A DNA stretch of 64,000 nucleotides from an uncultured Clostridia bacterium (lineage in GTDB: Bacteria; Bacillota; Clostridia; Saccharofermentanales; Saccharofermentanaceae), in NCBI GenBank assembly GCA_946628755.1, contig CAMOWX010000001.1, positions 1,469 to 65,468 on the forward strand. Direction: 5' to 3'. The translations under genes were made by a program, and so were the position numbers. The notes under the pieces were generated by a model. That model did no database searches, was not told the origin of the DNA, and was given only the letters and a program-made list of their open reading frames with translations. This document shows positions 39,227 through 48,663 of the stretch, one piece after another. Each line of letters begins with the position of its first letter. Position 1 is the first letter of the stretch.

Positions 39227-39943
39227 ATGCAGAACGTAATGATCACAGGTGCCGGAAGAACATATGCTTTAGGTTATAATCTTGTCCTGCGTTATCTCGA
39301 GCGCGGCGATCTTGTTGTCGCGACGGTGCGCAAACCTAACAACGCACTCACCGGATTACAGGAGCGTTACGGTGACAGGCTTATCATCCTGATTATGGAC
39401 ATAGGCGATACGGAGTCTGTTAACAGGGCGGCAGCAGAACTTAGCGGGAAGATGGGCCATCTCGACCTCATCGTGAACAATGCAGTCACCGTATCGCCTG
39501 ATTGTGATAAAGAATTCTGGGATCTCAACCTGGACTATATCGCGGGAACGGTCAATGTCACGGCTGTTGGGGCGATGCGCGTTATCAAGGCTTTCTATCC
39601 GCTGCTCAAGAAGAGTCCGACAACGGCGCTTATTATCAACATATCTTCTGAGGCCGGCAGCATAAGCAAGTGCTACAGAACGAGGCAGATCGAGTACGGC
39701 ATGGCCAAAGCAGCTCTTAACATGGCTACGATGAATCTGGCCAATACATTCAAAGATGATGATCAGATCAACATTTTCTGCGTTCATCCGGGCTGGATCA
39801 GGACCGACGGGCGCGAAGACAATCCGGCTCCATTGTCATCATACGAGGCGGCGGGAATACTCATGGATCTGTTCGAGCATAGGAGGTTCGACAAGGATGG
39901 TCACCGGTTCATCACGAATGAAGGTGAGGATTATCCGTTCTGA
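39227..39943 (+). CDS. Short-chain dehydrogenase/reductase
   Basis: ITGAG, VNNA, NISSEAGS, YGMAK, VHPGWIRT. Confidence 0.9.
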   Translation: MQNVMITGAGRTYALGYNLVLRYLERGDLVVATVRKPNNALTGLQERYGDRLIILIMDIGDTESVNRAAAELSGKMGHLDLIVNNAVTVSPDCDKEFWDLNLDYIAGTVNVTAVGAMRVIKAFYPLLKKSPTTALIINISSEAGSISKCYRTRQIEYGMAKAALNMATMNLANTFKDDDQINIFCVHPGWIRTDGREDNPAPLSSYEAAGILMDLFEHRRFDKDGHRFITNEGEDYPF

Positions 39944-40027
39944 AAGGCATATAGCCTCAAAAACGTTTGCACAGATAAATAAAAAAATTGCTATAATCTA
40001 ATTATATGATATTGACGGAGGTGTGAT

Positions 40028-40801
40028 ATGGCTGAGGAGAATAAGAATCTGTCTGTAGCAGATGCCATCCTTGCAGAGACAGCAGATCTTTATGAAGACG
40101 AGGTAGATGCGGTTGCCGAGGAAGTGGTTGCCGACGTTAGAGAAGAGGAGAAGAAAGCTGCGGAGAAATCATCAGAGAAGTCATCTGAAGATGTTGCTCC
40201 TGCAAAGCGCTCTTCAGCATTTGTTCCGGCGCTCAAAGAGAAGGCATCAGAGACGGCAGCAGAGGTGGAATCAGCAGCTTCTTCAGCAGCAACGGCCGTA
40301 ACTGCGGCAGCAACGGCTACAGCGGCAGAAGTATCGTCAGTTGCATCGGCTCCGGCAGCTACGCCGGTTCCGGAAGCAGGCCCGGCTTTCAAAAAGAGTG
40401 AAGCAGTCGCCGCTATAGAAGCAAAAGAAGCTGCAAAACTCGAACGCAAGAATGAGCGCGAAGAGAAGCAGGCTGCAAAACGCAACGCAAAGCGCGCAAG
40501 ACGTCAGGCACTGATCGACCAGTGTCCTAAAGAATACAAGCCCGTTGCCACCTCGACCTTCTTCTGGTGCGGTGTGCTGTGCTACCTTCCGATCCTCGGA
40601 GTTATCTTCACGATAATCTTCTCGATCTTCCCGATCAACAAGAATATCAAGAACTACGCAAGAGCCGTGCTCATCGGCTACTGTATCCTCCTGATCGTTA
40701 CCATGATCCTGTGCCTCATCCTCTTCTTCGTCACTCCGACTGCGACAAAGAACGAGATACTCGCTGCGATCCAGAAGATCAAGGGTGCAATCAAATTCTG
40801 A
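40028..40801 (+). CDS. Hypothetical membrane protein (Ala/Glu-rich N-terminus, two C-terminal TM helices)
   Basis: GGAGG SD; composition and hydrophobicity. Confidence 0.75.
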   Translation: MAEENKNLSVADAILAETADLYEDEVDAVAEEVVADVREEEKKAAEKSSEKSSEDVAPAKRSSAFVPALKEKASETAAEVESAASSAATAVTAAATATAAEVSSVASAPAATPVPEAGPAFKKSEAVAAIEAKEAAKLERKNEREEKQAAKRNAKRARRQALIDQCPKEYKPVATSTFFWCGVLCYLPILGVIFTIIFSIFPINKNIKNYARAVLIGYCILLIVTMILCLILFFVTPTATKNEILAAIQKIKGAIKF

Positions 40802-40828
40802 TATTTGGTTATGATTAGTTTTTGACCC

Positions 40829-40868
40829 AATCCCCCGCAGGCGGTAATGCCGGCGGGGGATTATTTTG
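40829..40868 (+). terminator. Probable rho-independent terminator
   Basis: AATCCCCCGC...GCGGGGGATT stem followed by ATTTT, between convergent genes. Confidence 0.7.
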
Positions 40869-40913
40869 GTGGAGTGAGGTCATCACCCCGGAGGTGCGCG
40901 AAGTGTGTGTTGA

Positions 40914-41687
40914 TCATTCCCGTGTCAGGACCAGGTCATCTATCGCAGAATCTATTGCAGAATAGAGCATCTTCTCGATCTGTTCCGCGTTTATACTGTA
41001 AGCGTCTCCGATCCGTACTACTACGAAGTCTTTCATTTCGACAAGCTTGTTAGTCACGCAGGCGGCGGTGTTGTGATAGGACTTGCCCACGTATTGTGAC
41101 TTGTCCATGGCGCCGTCAACCTCGACGATTATTACCTTGTCGATCTCCGGGACGTAGAATGTAATGTCCGGAAAGAAGTAAGTGTAGTCGTCGAATTGGA
41201 TAAGGATCTCCTCTTTATACTCATATCCCATCTTCTCAACGACCTGCGCCACGATAAACTCGTTCTTGGAGCGAAAGGTATGTCCCTTGTACTTGACGGG
41301 ATTCTTGATCTCGCGCGGATTCTGATTAGGCTGCGAGTTCTCATAAAAATCATGATCAAATCTGTCGGGCTTGATCTTTGTGAGAGGAAAACGGTATTTA
41401 CGCGGATTACCCGCAAAGTTTGTCTTCCAAAGTGACAGAGCTGCGTCCAGATCCTTTTTGAGTATCAGATATTCGTTAATCAATTCGGACAACACTCTCC
41501 CACGCTTTGATGTTACATAATACCTCCGCTTGTTATTGCGGGAGATCTTGTTGTTGTCCGGGTCATAAAACAGATAAACGGCATTTCTTCCTTGATACTC
41601 ACTAATGAAACCGTGAGGCAGCTGCGATATCTTATCCCTAAGATACGCGATTCTCAATTCCAGATGTCTTTTTGTTATCTTGCACAT
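40914..41687 (-). CDS. PD-(D/E)XK (DUF559/Vsr-like) nuclease-domain protein with basic N-terminal region
   Basis: FRSKNE.I.A, YEYKEE, FFPDITF, IIVEVDG. Confidence 0.72.
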   Translation of the reverse strand: MCKITKRHLELRIAYLRDKISQLPHGFISEYQGRNAVYLFYDPDNNKISRNNKRRYYVTSKRGRVLSELINEYLILKKDLDAALSLWKTNFAGNPRKYRFPLTKIKPDRFDHDFYENSQPNQNPREIKNPVKYKGHTFRSKNEFIVAQVVEKMGYEYKEEILIQFDDYTYFFPDITFYVPEIDKVIIVEVDGAMDKSQYVGKSYHNTAACVTNKLVEMKDFVVVRIGDAYSINAEQIEKMLYSAIDSAIDDLVLTRE

Positions 41688-41880
41688 AGGCGCATTCTAC
41701 ACTCAAGTCAAGCGCAAAAAGCTCCGAATTAATACGAAAATATAACAATTTGTTATCACTGTACGAATAAAGGTGCTGTTTTGAAATGAATTGCGGTAGT
41801 CAGATGCCTCATTCTTGTTTTGCCGCCTCGAAAAGGCGAGTATTGGAGAGGAAGGAGGATGGAGGAGTAACCGGCCGGCG

Positions 41881-42139
41881 GCCGGATCAGCGTAAAATAA
41901 CCCGTAAAAGGAACACCCGGGGTGCCCCTTTTGGGTGTCATTCCGGTCGGGTCAGCATAAAATAACCCGCAAAAGGAACACCCGGGGTGCCCCTTTTGGG
42001 TGTCATTCCGGCCGGATCAGCGTAAAATTACCCGTAAAAGGAACACCCGGGGTGGCCATTTTGGGTGTCATTCCGGCCGGATCAGCGTAAAATAACCCGT
42101 AAAAGGAACACCCGGGGTGCCACTTTTGGGTGTTCTTTT
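41881..42139 (-). repeat. Tandem array of 4 copies of a 65-bp unit, same family as 18676..19030, opposite orientation
   Basis: Units start at 41882, 41947, 42012, 42077; reverse complement contains ACACCCAAAAGGGGCACCCCGGGTGTTCCT and GGGTTATTTTACGCT. Confidence 0.97.
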
Positions 42140-42193
42140 CCCACCGCGTTCATCTTAATTGTTATATAATTAAGGAAATTGGAGGAACCAGCT

Positions 42194-43411
42194 ATGATCT
42201 ACGGAATTAATATAGTCAATTTTGACATTTTTGATGATGACAGGGCCGGGGTGATCGTCGAGCCCGACTCAGGCGATGATAAGGACGATAAGGCGTCCAA
42301 GCAAGATAACTTCAGGATGCGCGGACTTAACGCTCTGATTGGACGGAATAACACGGGGAAGACGAGTTTTATCAACTCGATGTCTTTCGTGAAGGATACG
42401 GTGACGGATAATGTGGCCGACGCGTCGATAACGAGGGGGAGGCCGGGGTTCTATAATCTGTTGATCGACAAAGAGAAGCCGGCTGTTTTCAGAGTATTCT
42501 TTAAGGTGAAGGATCCAGGCAACGGAGATTCGCTTTATTTACAGTATGAGCTGTCAATAGCGGCCGGAGTTTTCAAGAGTCCGCAGATAGCAGGTGAGAA
42601 GCTGTCGAGGAGCGTCATGGACGGGGAAGGAAGAAGACATCTTGAGACGATCATGGAGTTTGCGGATGGCAAGGGGCAGGTCATGGGGCATGGAGCGTCG
42701 ATCAGTGATCACCACATGACAGCACTCGGAATATACGGCAAGATTGCTGAGTATGCAGAGATTAACCTCATATACAGTGAGATTAGCAGATGGTTTTTCT
42801 GCAAGTTTTCGAGCGATGAGCAGGGAACGCATCAGAATCCGAATTATTTCGTTGACGGGAATGCTCCGGGTGGTCACAAGCATCTTAACAGTCACGGGAC
42901 AAACCTTGATAATGTGCTCGAATATCTTGACAGATATGATCATGATTACTACACCAGATGTATTGCAGAGATTAATTCACGTATCCCTGCCATGAAGAAA
43001 AAGAAGAATCTTCCTGACACTCTTGTGGAGAGTCCCGGACGGTTATTCATGTACCTGCTGATGTTCAGGGATCCGGAGCCCAAATCAACGATATTTATTG
43101 AAGCCCCGGATAAGGATCTTTACCATGACATGGTTGATGTGCTGGCAAATGAATTCAGGGAGTTCACCATACATAACCGCTATAGCCAGATTGTTTTCTC
43201 CACGCATAACCCTTATATAGTCGAGACGATGAGTCCAAAGGAGATATGGGTGTTCACCAGGTCATTTGACAGAACGGCAGGTGATGTGAGCATAAGGTGT
43301 GCCGCAGAGGATAAGCTGGTGATGGAATTATTCAACCAAGGCGTCGGAATGGGAGCTATCTGGTATGGCGGACATCTTGATGAGCGGACAGGTTTTGAAG
43401 ATGAGAATTGA
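42194..43411 (+). CDS. ABC-type ATPase (AAA_21 / AbiEii-like), degenerate motifs
   Basis: Walker A GRNNTGKT, Walker B region IFIEAPD, H-loop FSTHNPY; GGAGG SD before ATG 42194. Confidence 0.82.
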   Translation: MIYGINIVNFDIFDDDRAGVIVEPDSGDDKDDKASKQDNFRMRGLNALIGRNNTGKTSFINSMSFVKDTVTDNVADASITRGRPGFYNLLIDKEKPAVFRVFFKVKDPGNGDSLYLQYELSIAAGVFKSPQIAGEKLSRSVMDGEGRRHLETIMEFADGKGQVMGHGASISDHHMTALGIYGKIAEYAEINLIYSEISRWFFCKFSSDEQGTHQNPNYFVDGNAPGGHKHLNSHGTNLDNVLEYLDRYDHDYYTRCIAEINSRIPAMKKKKNLPDTLVESPGRLFMYLLMFRDPEPKSTIFIEAPDKDLYHDMVDVLANEFREFTIHNRYSQIVFSTHNPYIVETMSPKEIWVFTRSFDRTAGDVSIRCAAEDKLVMELFNQGVGMGAIWYGGHLDERTGFEDEN

Positions 43412-44099
43412 GATACTGACTGAGGACAAATCCGGTTCTGTGGTGGTCGAACGTGCGGCCAGGTCGATCTGCGAGGGGGCAGGCGTTGCGGCTGACATCA
43501 AGGTCCGTCCCCACAGAGGGTGCGGATCAATGCCTAAGGATCCTGAAGCAAAACCCGATCATTTCGCGTCTTCTCTGCTTGAACTTCTTCCGGCCAAATG
43601 CAGAGCCTACAACAATGTTTACGGCGGAGGCGAATTTGTTCTTGTGGTCGTTATGGATTCAGACGATAAGGATCCTGACGAACTCCGGAGTGAATTGTAT
43701 GAATGTACTCACAGATACGCACCGAATCTCAGGTCGGTGATCGGATTGTGCACCGAGGAGGTCGAGGCGTGGATATTAGGTGATCGGAAGGCTGTTATTG
43801 CCGCATATCCTGACTGTGATATCCGTGCATATAATCAGTACATACAGGACAGTGTCTGCGGTACATGGGAGACTCTGTGCAGGGTCATCTGTCCGGAGGA
43901 TTATGAGGATATCATAGAAATCGGATATCCTGCTGTTGGCAACTACAAGGCGCGCTGGGCCGAGGAGATATCACAGTTTATGATACCTGAAGATAATATT
44001 TCGCCGAGTTATAAACTGTTCATGAATGCGCTCAGGATAGCGGCCGGCAATCCGACACCTGTGAGTGCAAGGGCGGGGATAAGACGAAGGAGCTTCTGA
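43401..44099 (+). CDS. DUF4276-like TOPRIM-fold protein
   Basis: EILTEDKSG, VVVMDSD, EEVEAWILGD, SPSY; overlaps the ATPase stop. Confidence 0.75.
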   Translation: MRIEILTEDKSGSVVVERAARSICEGAGVAADIKVRPHRGCGSMPKDPEAKPDHFASSLLELLPAKCRAYNNVYGGGEFVLVVVMDSDDKDPDELRSELYECTHRYAPNLRSVIGLCTEEVEAWILGDRKAVIAAYPDCDIRAYNQYIQDSVCGTWETLCRVICPEDYEDIIEIGYPAVGNYKARWAEEISQFMIPEDNISPSYKLFMNALRIAAGNPTPVSARAGIRRRSF

Positions 44100-44106
44100 C
44101 GGCGGC

Positions 44107-45219
44107 ATGGCGAAACATATTTACTGTCACATTCCTTTCTGCGCGGCCAAGTGCCCGTACTGCGATTTCTATTCGGAAGCGGGCCGGGACAGTGAATGCG
44201 TATCGCGGCTGATCGAAGCAATGTGCCGCGAGATATCATCATATGAAGCTGATGACGTCATCTCCACGATCTACATAGGCGGCGGAACGCCGTCGTTTAT
44301 AGATTCAGCTCACATCGAAAGGCTGCTGGATACCATACGAGGCAGGTTCACGGCCGCTGAGGACTGCGAGATCACAATAGAGGTCAATCCGTCGTCGCTT
44401 ACGGAGGACAAGGCTCTGAAGTATAAGGCTGCCGGCGTAAACAGGGTGTCCGTGGGAGTTCAGTCCCTTCATGATAAGCACCTTGCGACTCTGGGGCGCC
44501 TCCATGACGCATCGAAAGCTATAGACTGCATAAACATACTTAAGGAGACAGGATTCAGCAACATATCGGCTGACCTCATAATCGCCGTTCCCGGACAGAG
44601 CACGGATGATGCTCTTGAGGATCTTAATACTCTTGCCGGAATGGGTGTTAAGCACATCAGCACGTATTCACTGTCGATCGAGCACGGGACCCCGTTCTTT
44701 GCCAGGTATGGCGATACGATCGAGGATATCGTGCCCCCGGAGGAGGAGCGCAGGATGTATCACACGCTGCGGAGCGAGCTCGAAAGGCTCGGGTATATCC
44801 CGTATGAGATTTCCAACAGCTGCCGGCCGGGATATGAGAGCCGTCACAATTCCTCGTACTGGGAAGGGGAGGAGTATTACGGCATAGGCGCGGGAGCACA
44901 CGGCTATTTTGACGGCATCAGATATGCTCATCCTGATGATATCGACTCTTATATCGGTGATCCTTTTACGACGGAGACGGAGGAGGTCTTGGATGAAGAT
45001 TCAGCCATGCATGAGTATCCGTTCCTGAAGCTCAGGACGTCGGAGGGGGTGGACCTGAAGGCTTTTGCGGAACGTTTCGGCAGGGAGTTTACGGACGTTT
45101 TCGGTGAAATTGTCCGTGAGAATGTCAATAAAGGTCTGCTGACGGCCGGCGGCGGCCATGTCCGCCTGACGGATAAAGGTATCGACTGGAGCAATGCCGT
45201 GATGAGCGGATTCCTGTAA
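44107..45219 (+). CDS. hemW: Radical SAM heme chaperone HemW
   Basis: HIPFCAAKCPYCDF, GGGTPS, YEISN, HNSSYW, GAGAHG. Confidence 0.92.
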   Translation: MAKHIYCHIPFCAAKCPYCDFYSEAGRDSECVSRLIEAMCREISSYEADDVISTIYIGGGTPSFIDSAHIERLLDTIRGRFTAAEDCEITIEVNPSSLTEDKALKYKAAGVNRVSVGVQSLHDKHLATLGRLHDASKAIDCINILKETGFSNISADLIIAVPGQSTDDALEDLNTLAGMGVKHISTYSLSIEHGTPFFARYGDTIEDIVPPEEERRMYHTLRSELERLGYIPYEISNSCRPGYESRHNSSYWEGEEYYGIGAGAHGYFDGIRYAHPDDIDSYIGDPFTTETEEVLDEDSAMHEYPFLKLRTSEGVDLKAFAERFGREFTDVFGEIVRENVNKGLLTAGGGHVRLTDKGIDWSNAVMSGFL

Positions 45220-45303
45220 GATCAAGTCAAGTTATATTCTCTGTAAAAAACAATTAAATGGACATTACAATTTTGTCACATTTTTACAATTATTCACAGT
45301 TTT

Positions 45304-45333
45304 TTAACAATTTGAGTGAAGCAGTAGTATAAT
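45304..45333 (+). promoter_or_regulatory. Probable sigma-A promoter of the pilus operon
   Basis: TTAACA-N18-TATAAT with an AT-rich upstream tract. Confidence 0.5.
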
Positions 45334-45428
45334 AACCGAGAATGGGCTTGCTATGCCCATCGCTATTGCGTGTTATCTAATGCGTAATAAAAATAATAAG
45401 AAAGGAGCTATTAACTGTCAGTCTGCTC

Positions 45429-46055
45429 ATGAGCGAATTGCCTACAGACGTGAACGCAGAAGCATCCGGGACGGTTAAGGAGGAAGCTGCGGCAGAATCC
45501 GCGGCGGAGATAAAGCCGGAACAGAAGCCCGAGCCTGCTGCGAAGCCGAAGACTAAGAAGCGTAAAAAGAAGACTTCTCTTGACTACGCAATAGAGTTCG
45601 GCATCAAGATAGCGGTGACGGCGGCTGCAATTTGGGTGTTGTGTGCTTTCGTTGTGGGGATTCACGTGAATCACGGCAATTCTTCCTATCCGATGTTAAA
45701 GGACGGAGATCTTGTAATAACTTACAGGCTCGGGAAGATGCTTGAGGGCGAGGAGATTTGCTACAGGCAGAACGGACAGACGAGATTCGGAAGGATCGTC
45801 GCGCGCGGAGGAGATGTGGTCGATATCACGGAGTCCGGCATAACGGTCAACGGTTACGGGATAAGCGAGGAGGTAGTCTATCAGACATCACCCGCCGGGT
45901 CCAAGATATCATATCCGTACACCGTTCCGGCCAATTCGGTCTTTGTGCTCAACGACTTCAGGCAGGATCTCACCGACAGCAGGTCATTTGGGGCTGTATC
46001 TCTTGATGATTGCGAAGGCGGGGTCGTGTTTGTACTCAGAAGGCGCGGCATATAA
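45429..46055 (+). CDS. Signal peptidase I-like pilus chaperone (SipA/LepA-like)
   Basis: GNSSYPML..GD and DSRSFG; catalytic Lys absent (RFGRIV); first gene of the pilus locus. Confidence 0.78.
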   Translation: MSELPTDVNAEASGTVKEEAAAESAAEIKPEQKPEPAAKPKTKKRKKKTSLDYAIEFGIKIAVTAAAIWVLCAFVVGIHVNHGNSSYPMLKDGDLVITYRLGKMLEGEEICYRQNGQTRFGRIVARGGDVVDITESGITVNGYGISEEVVYQTSPAGSKISYPYTVPANSVFVLNDFRQDLTDSRSFGAVSLDDCEGGVVFVLRRRGI

Positions 46056-46100
46056 CAACTTAGTTTTCCAAAATTTTTCAAAATATAAGGAGGAAAAGAA

Positions 46101-47330
46101 ATGAAACGATTTAGGAAAAAGTTATCAGCTTTGCTGGTAACGGCCGCTATGGCGGCAACGATGATCGTGCCTGCAAGTGCGGCAAACACGTACCCAGGTG
46201 GTGTAATTCCAGGTAATTGTAACTCATTGGTATTCAATAAGTACCTGGTGTTGGATGCTGATGCACATGTTCCCAACGTTGATTTCACTTATACGCTGGC
46301 TAATGGTACGTCAGGTTCGATTGGAGGAACATCGGTTCTTGCCGGTGTCGGAGCTGATGATGTCAAGTTCGGAGGAAGCAAAGTCTCTACTAGCAACCCA
46401 ATTGTAGTCAGCTTTACAAGTGATGATGATGAAAATAAACTGGAAACTGTAGCAACTGGTGATCCGGTAACTCTTGAATCCGGTAAGAATTATGTCAAGA
46501 AGTCAATCGCACTTGATTTTTCAGATGTTAGTTATACGCAACCCGGTATATACGCTTATAGCCTTGTTGAAAACAATCCTTCACTTGCAGGGATCAGCTA
46601 TGATTCTAACCTTGACAAAGACCTTTACGTGTATGTAGTCGATAATTCGAACGATACATCGAATACTCTTAAGGTTGCCGGTTTTGCATTGGTGAATCAT
46701 GGGGATGTTCCAAACGAACAGAACAAAGTTATCGGCTATGTGAATGAATATGATACTAATGATGTTACTCTTAGCAAAACTGTAGCAGGTAATCAGGGTT
46801 CAAGAGATCAGTATTTTACATTCAGTGTTACATTAGCAGGTGCAGGCAAAAATGCCTTGATTACTGTTGATATAAGTAATGCAGATGAAAGTATAGATGC
46901 CAATCCTAACAGCTCAACAACCGGTATTACATCGGCAGTTACAAACGTAGATTCTTTGACGGCTAATGAGAATGGTGAAGCCACGGGTACTTTCTATCTT
47001 CAGCATGGACAGCAGATCGTATTTAAGGAATTGGCTGCAGGAACAACAGTCACTGTTGTCGAGTCTCAGAATGATGGCTATACGGTAACTCATACAGGTT
47101 CGATCGATACAACAGGTAACAGTGCTACTGCAACTATCAACAACAGTGATATTGAGATTGCATACACAAATACGAAGGAAGGAACTATCCCTACAGGTGT
47201 ACTCCTCACAGTAGTGCCTGTTGCTATCGTTGGTCTTGTTGTTGTTGCCGGAATCGCTTTCTTTGCAGTAAGAGGTGCTAAGAGAAAGTCAATAGAGGCT
47301 GCTGAGGCAGAAGCTGATTCTGAGGAATAA
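46101..47330 (+). CDS. Backbone pilin (FctA/Spy0128-like)
   Basis: Signal peptide, PGIYAY.L.E, LSKTVAGN.G, YTN..., IPTG sorting motif, TM, basic tail. Confidence 0.85.
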   Translation: MKRFRKKLSALLVTAAMAATMIVPASAANTYPGGVIPGNCNSLVFNKYLVLDADAHVPNVDFTYTLANGTSGSIGGTSVLAGVGADDVKFGGSKVSTSNPIVVSFTSDDDENKLETVATGDPVTLESGKNYVKKSIALDFSDVSYTQPGIYAYSLVENNPSLAGISYDSNLDKDLYVYVVDNSNDTSNTLKVAGFALVNHGDVPNEQNKVIGYVNEYDTNDVTLSKTVAGNQGSRDQYFTFSVTLAGAGKNALITVDISNADESIDANPNSSTTGITSAVTNVDSLTANENGEATGTFYLQHGQQIVFKELAAGTTVTVVESQNDGYTVTHTGSIDTTGNSATATINNSDIEIAYTNTKEGTIPTGVLLTVVPVAIVGLVVVAGIAFFAVRGAKRKSIEAAEAEADSEE

Positions 47331-47348
47331 TACTGAGGTATTAAGCTG

Positions 47349-48041
47349 ATGAAGCAGTTCTGGAAGGTGATGAATACCATATACGAGAAGACCATGCTTG
47401 GCATCTTTATAGTTGCCTTGCTGGTCGTTATCTATGCCTTTTATGATACCTGGTATATTTTTGATCATGCGAATGATTCATCTCTGTTGAAGTTCAGACC
47501 AAACAGGGTGAACGCTGCAGAGATCGAAGACTCACCGATAACATCTGATATGGTGGCTTGGATCACGATCGATGGTACTAACATTGATTATCCCGTTATG
47601 CAGGGAACTAACAATTCTCAGTATCTGAACCTTGATCCGTATGGTAATTTTTCTCTGTCAGGGAGCATCTTCCTTGACAGCCGCAACAGTGCGGACTTCA
47701 CAGATCAGTATTCGATCATCTACGGACATCATATGGAATATGGTGTGATGTTCGGTGCATTAGATGATTTTTTGAACGAGGACTATCTTAAGTCTCATAC
47801 GACAGGAGAGCTCCTGATCGGACGTGACGGCAAGACAGTCTACAAATTGGAACTGTTTTATGCTATGACGACGGATGCAAAGGAAGAGAAGGTTTTCGAT
47901 CCGGAGCACGTTGATGAGTTAAGACAGTTCCTTGAGGCACAGGGATTTGACAGAGACAACAGGATCGTGTGCCTGTCGACTTGTGCGGGCGGCGCGTCAA
48001 CTACAAGGACAGCCGTATTTGCTTATATTTTGGAAGATTAG
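47349..48041 (+). CDS. srtB: Class B sortase
   Basis: IDYPVMQG, GSIFLDSRN, YGHHM, LSTC, catalytic Arg (TRT). Confidence 0.92.
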   Translation: MKQFWKVMNTIYEKTMLGIFIVALLVVIYAFYDTWYIFDHANDSSLLKFRPNRVNAAEIEDSPITSDMVAWITIDGTNIDYPVMQGTNNSQYLNLDPYGNFSLSGSIFLDSRNSADFTDQYSIIYGHHMEYGVMFGALDDFLNEDYLKSHTTGELLIGRDGKTVYKLELFYAMTTDAKEEKVFDPEHVDELRQFLEAQGFDRDNRIVCLSTCAGGASTTRTAVFAYILED

Positions 48042-48060
48042 GAGAAAGGAGGACAGCCTG

Positions 48061-48663
48061 ATGCGTAAGCATGAGATCTTTGCAAGAATAACGGCTCTGA
48101 TGCTGGCAGTGTCTGCTGTCCTCCTTTTCTTTGTTTTCCCGGTAAGAGCAGCATTTAAGAACACGCCCGTCATGGCGTACATTCCGGTCGTTTGCGAGAA
48201 GGCAAAGAACGTATCCGGAAGCAATAAGTATGAGGTCGTTATCGAGAAGATGGGTGACGACGCTCCGATGCCCGAGAGTGATGTGATCACATTCAATGGC
48301 TCGGGTTCCAGGAATATAGAGATAGAGGTTGATGAGCCCGGAACATATCAGTACAAGCTGTATGAGAGGAAGGGTACGAATAAGAACATTAAATACGACA
48401 CTACCGAATATACCGTGACGCTCTTTGCGACACAGGACGATGACGGCGTGCTCGCTTGTGAAGTCATCATATCCAAGGGAGGGCTGTCAAAGCCTACGGT
48501 AGTGAAGTTTGTAAATAAAGCAACAAAGGGGTCAGATTCAGTGATCGCGACAGGTGAGACGGCAAGTGCATTCATTCCTTACGCAGTTGGTGCGTTTGCT
48601 GTCAGCGGAATGATCATGATAATGGTATTGAAGCGCAGACGCAGGGAGGAAGAAGATGCATAA
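48061..48663 (+). CDS. Minor (basal) pilin, single FctA-like domain
   Basis: GGAGG SD, signal peptide, EPGTYQYKLYE, YDTT, FVN, IATGE sorting motif, TM, KRRRR. Confidence 0.8.
   Translation: MRKHEIFARITALMLAVSAVLLFFVFPVRAAFKNTPVMAYIPVVCEKAKNVSGSNKYEVVIEKMGDDAPMPESDVITFNGSGSRNIEIEVDEPGTYQYKLYERKGTNKNIKYDTTEYTVTLFATQDDDGVLACEVIISKGGLSKPTVVKFVNKATKGSDSVIATGETASAFIPYAVGAFAVSGMIMIMVLKRRRREEEDA

Noticed and set aside
45429-46055. Active signal peptidase lepB
   Set aside because: Catalytic Lys is absent and the pilus context fits a SipA-type chaperone.
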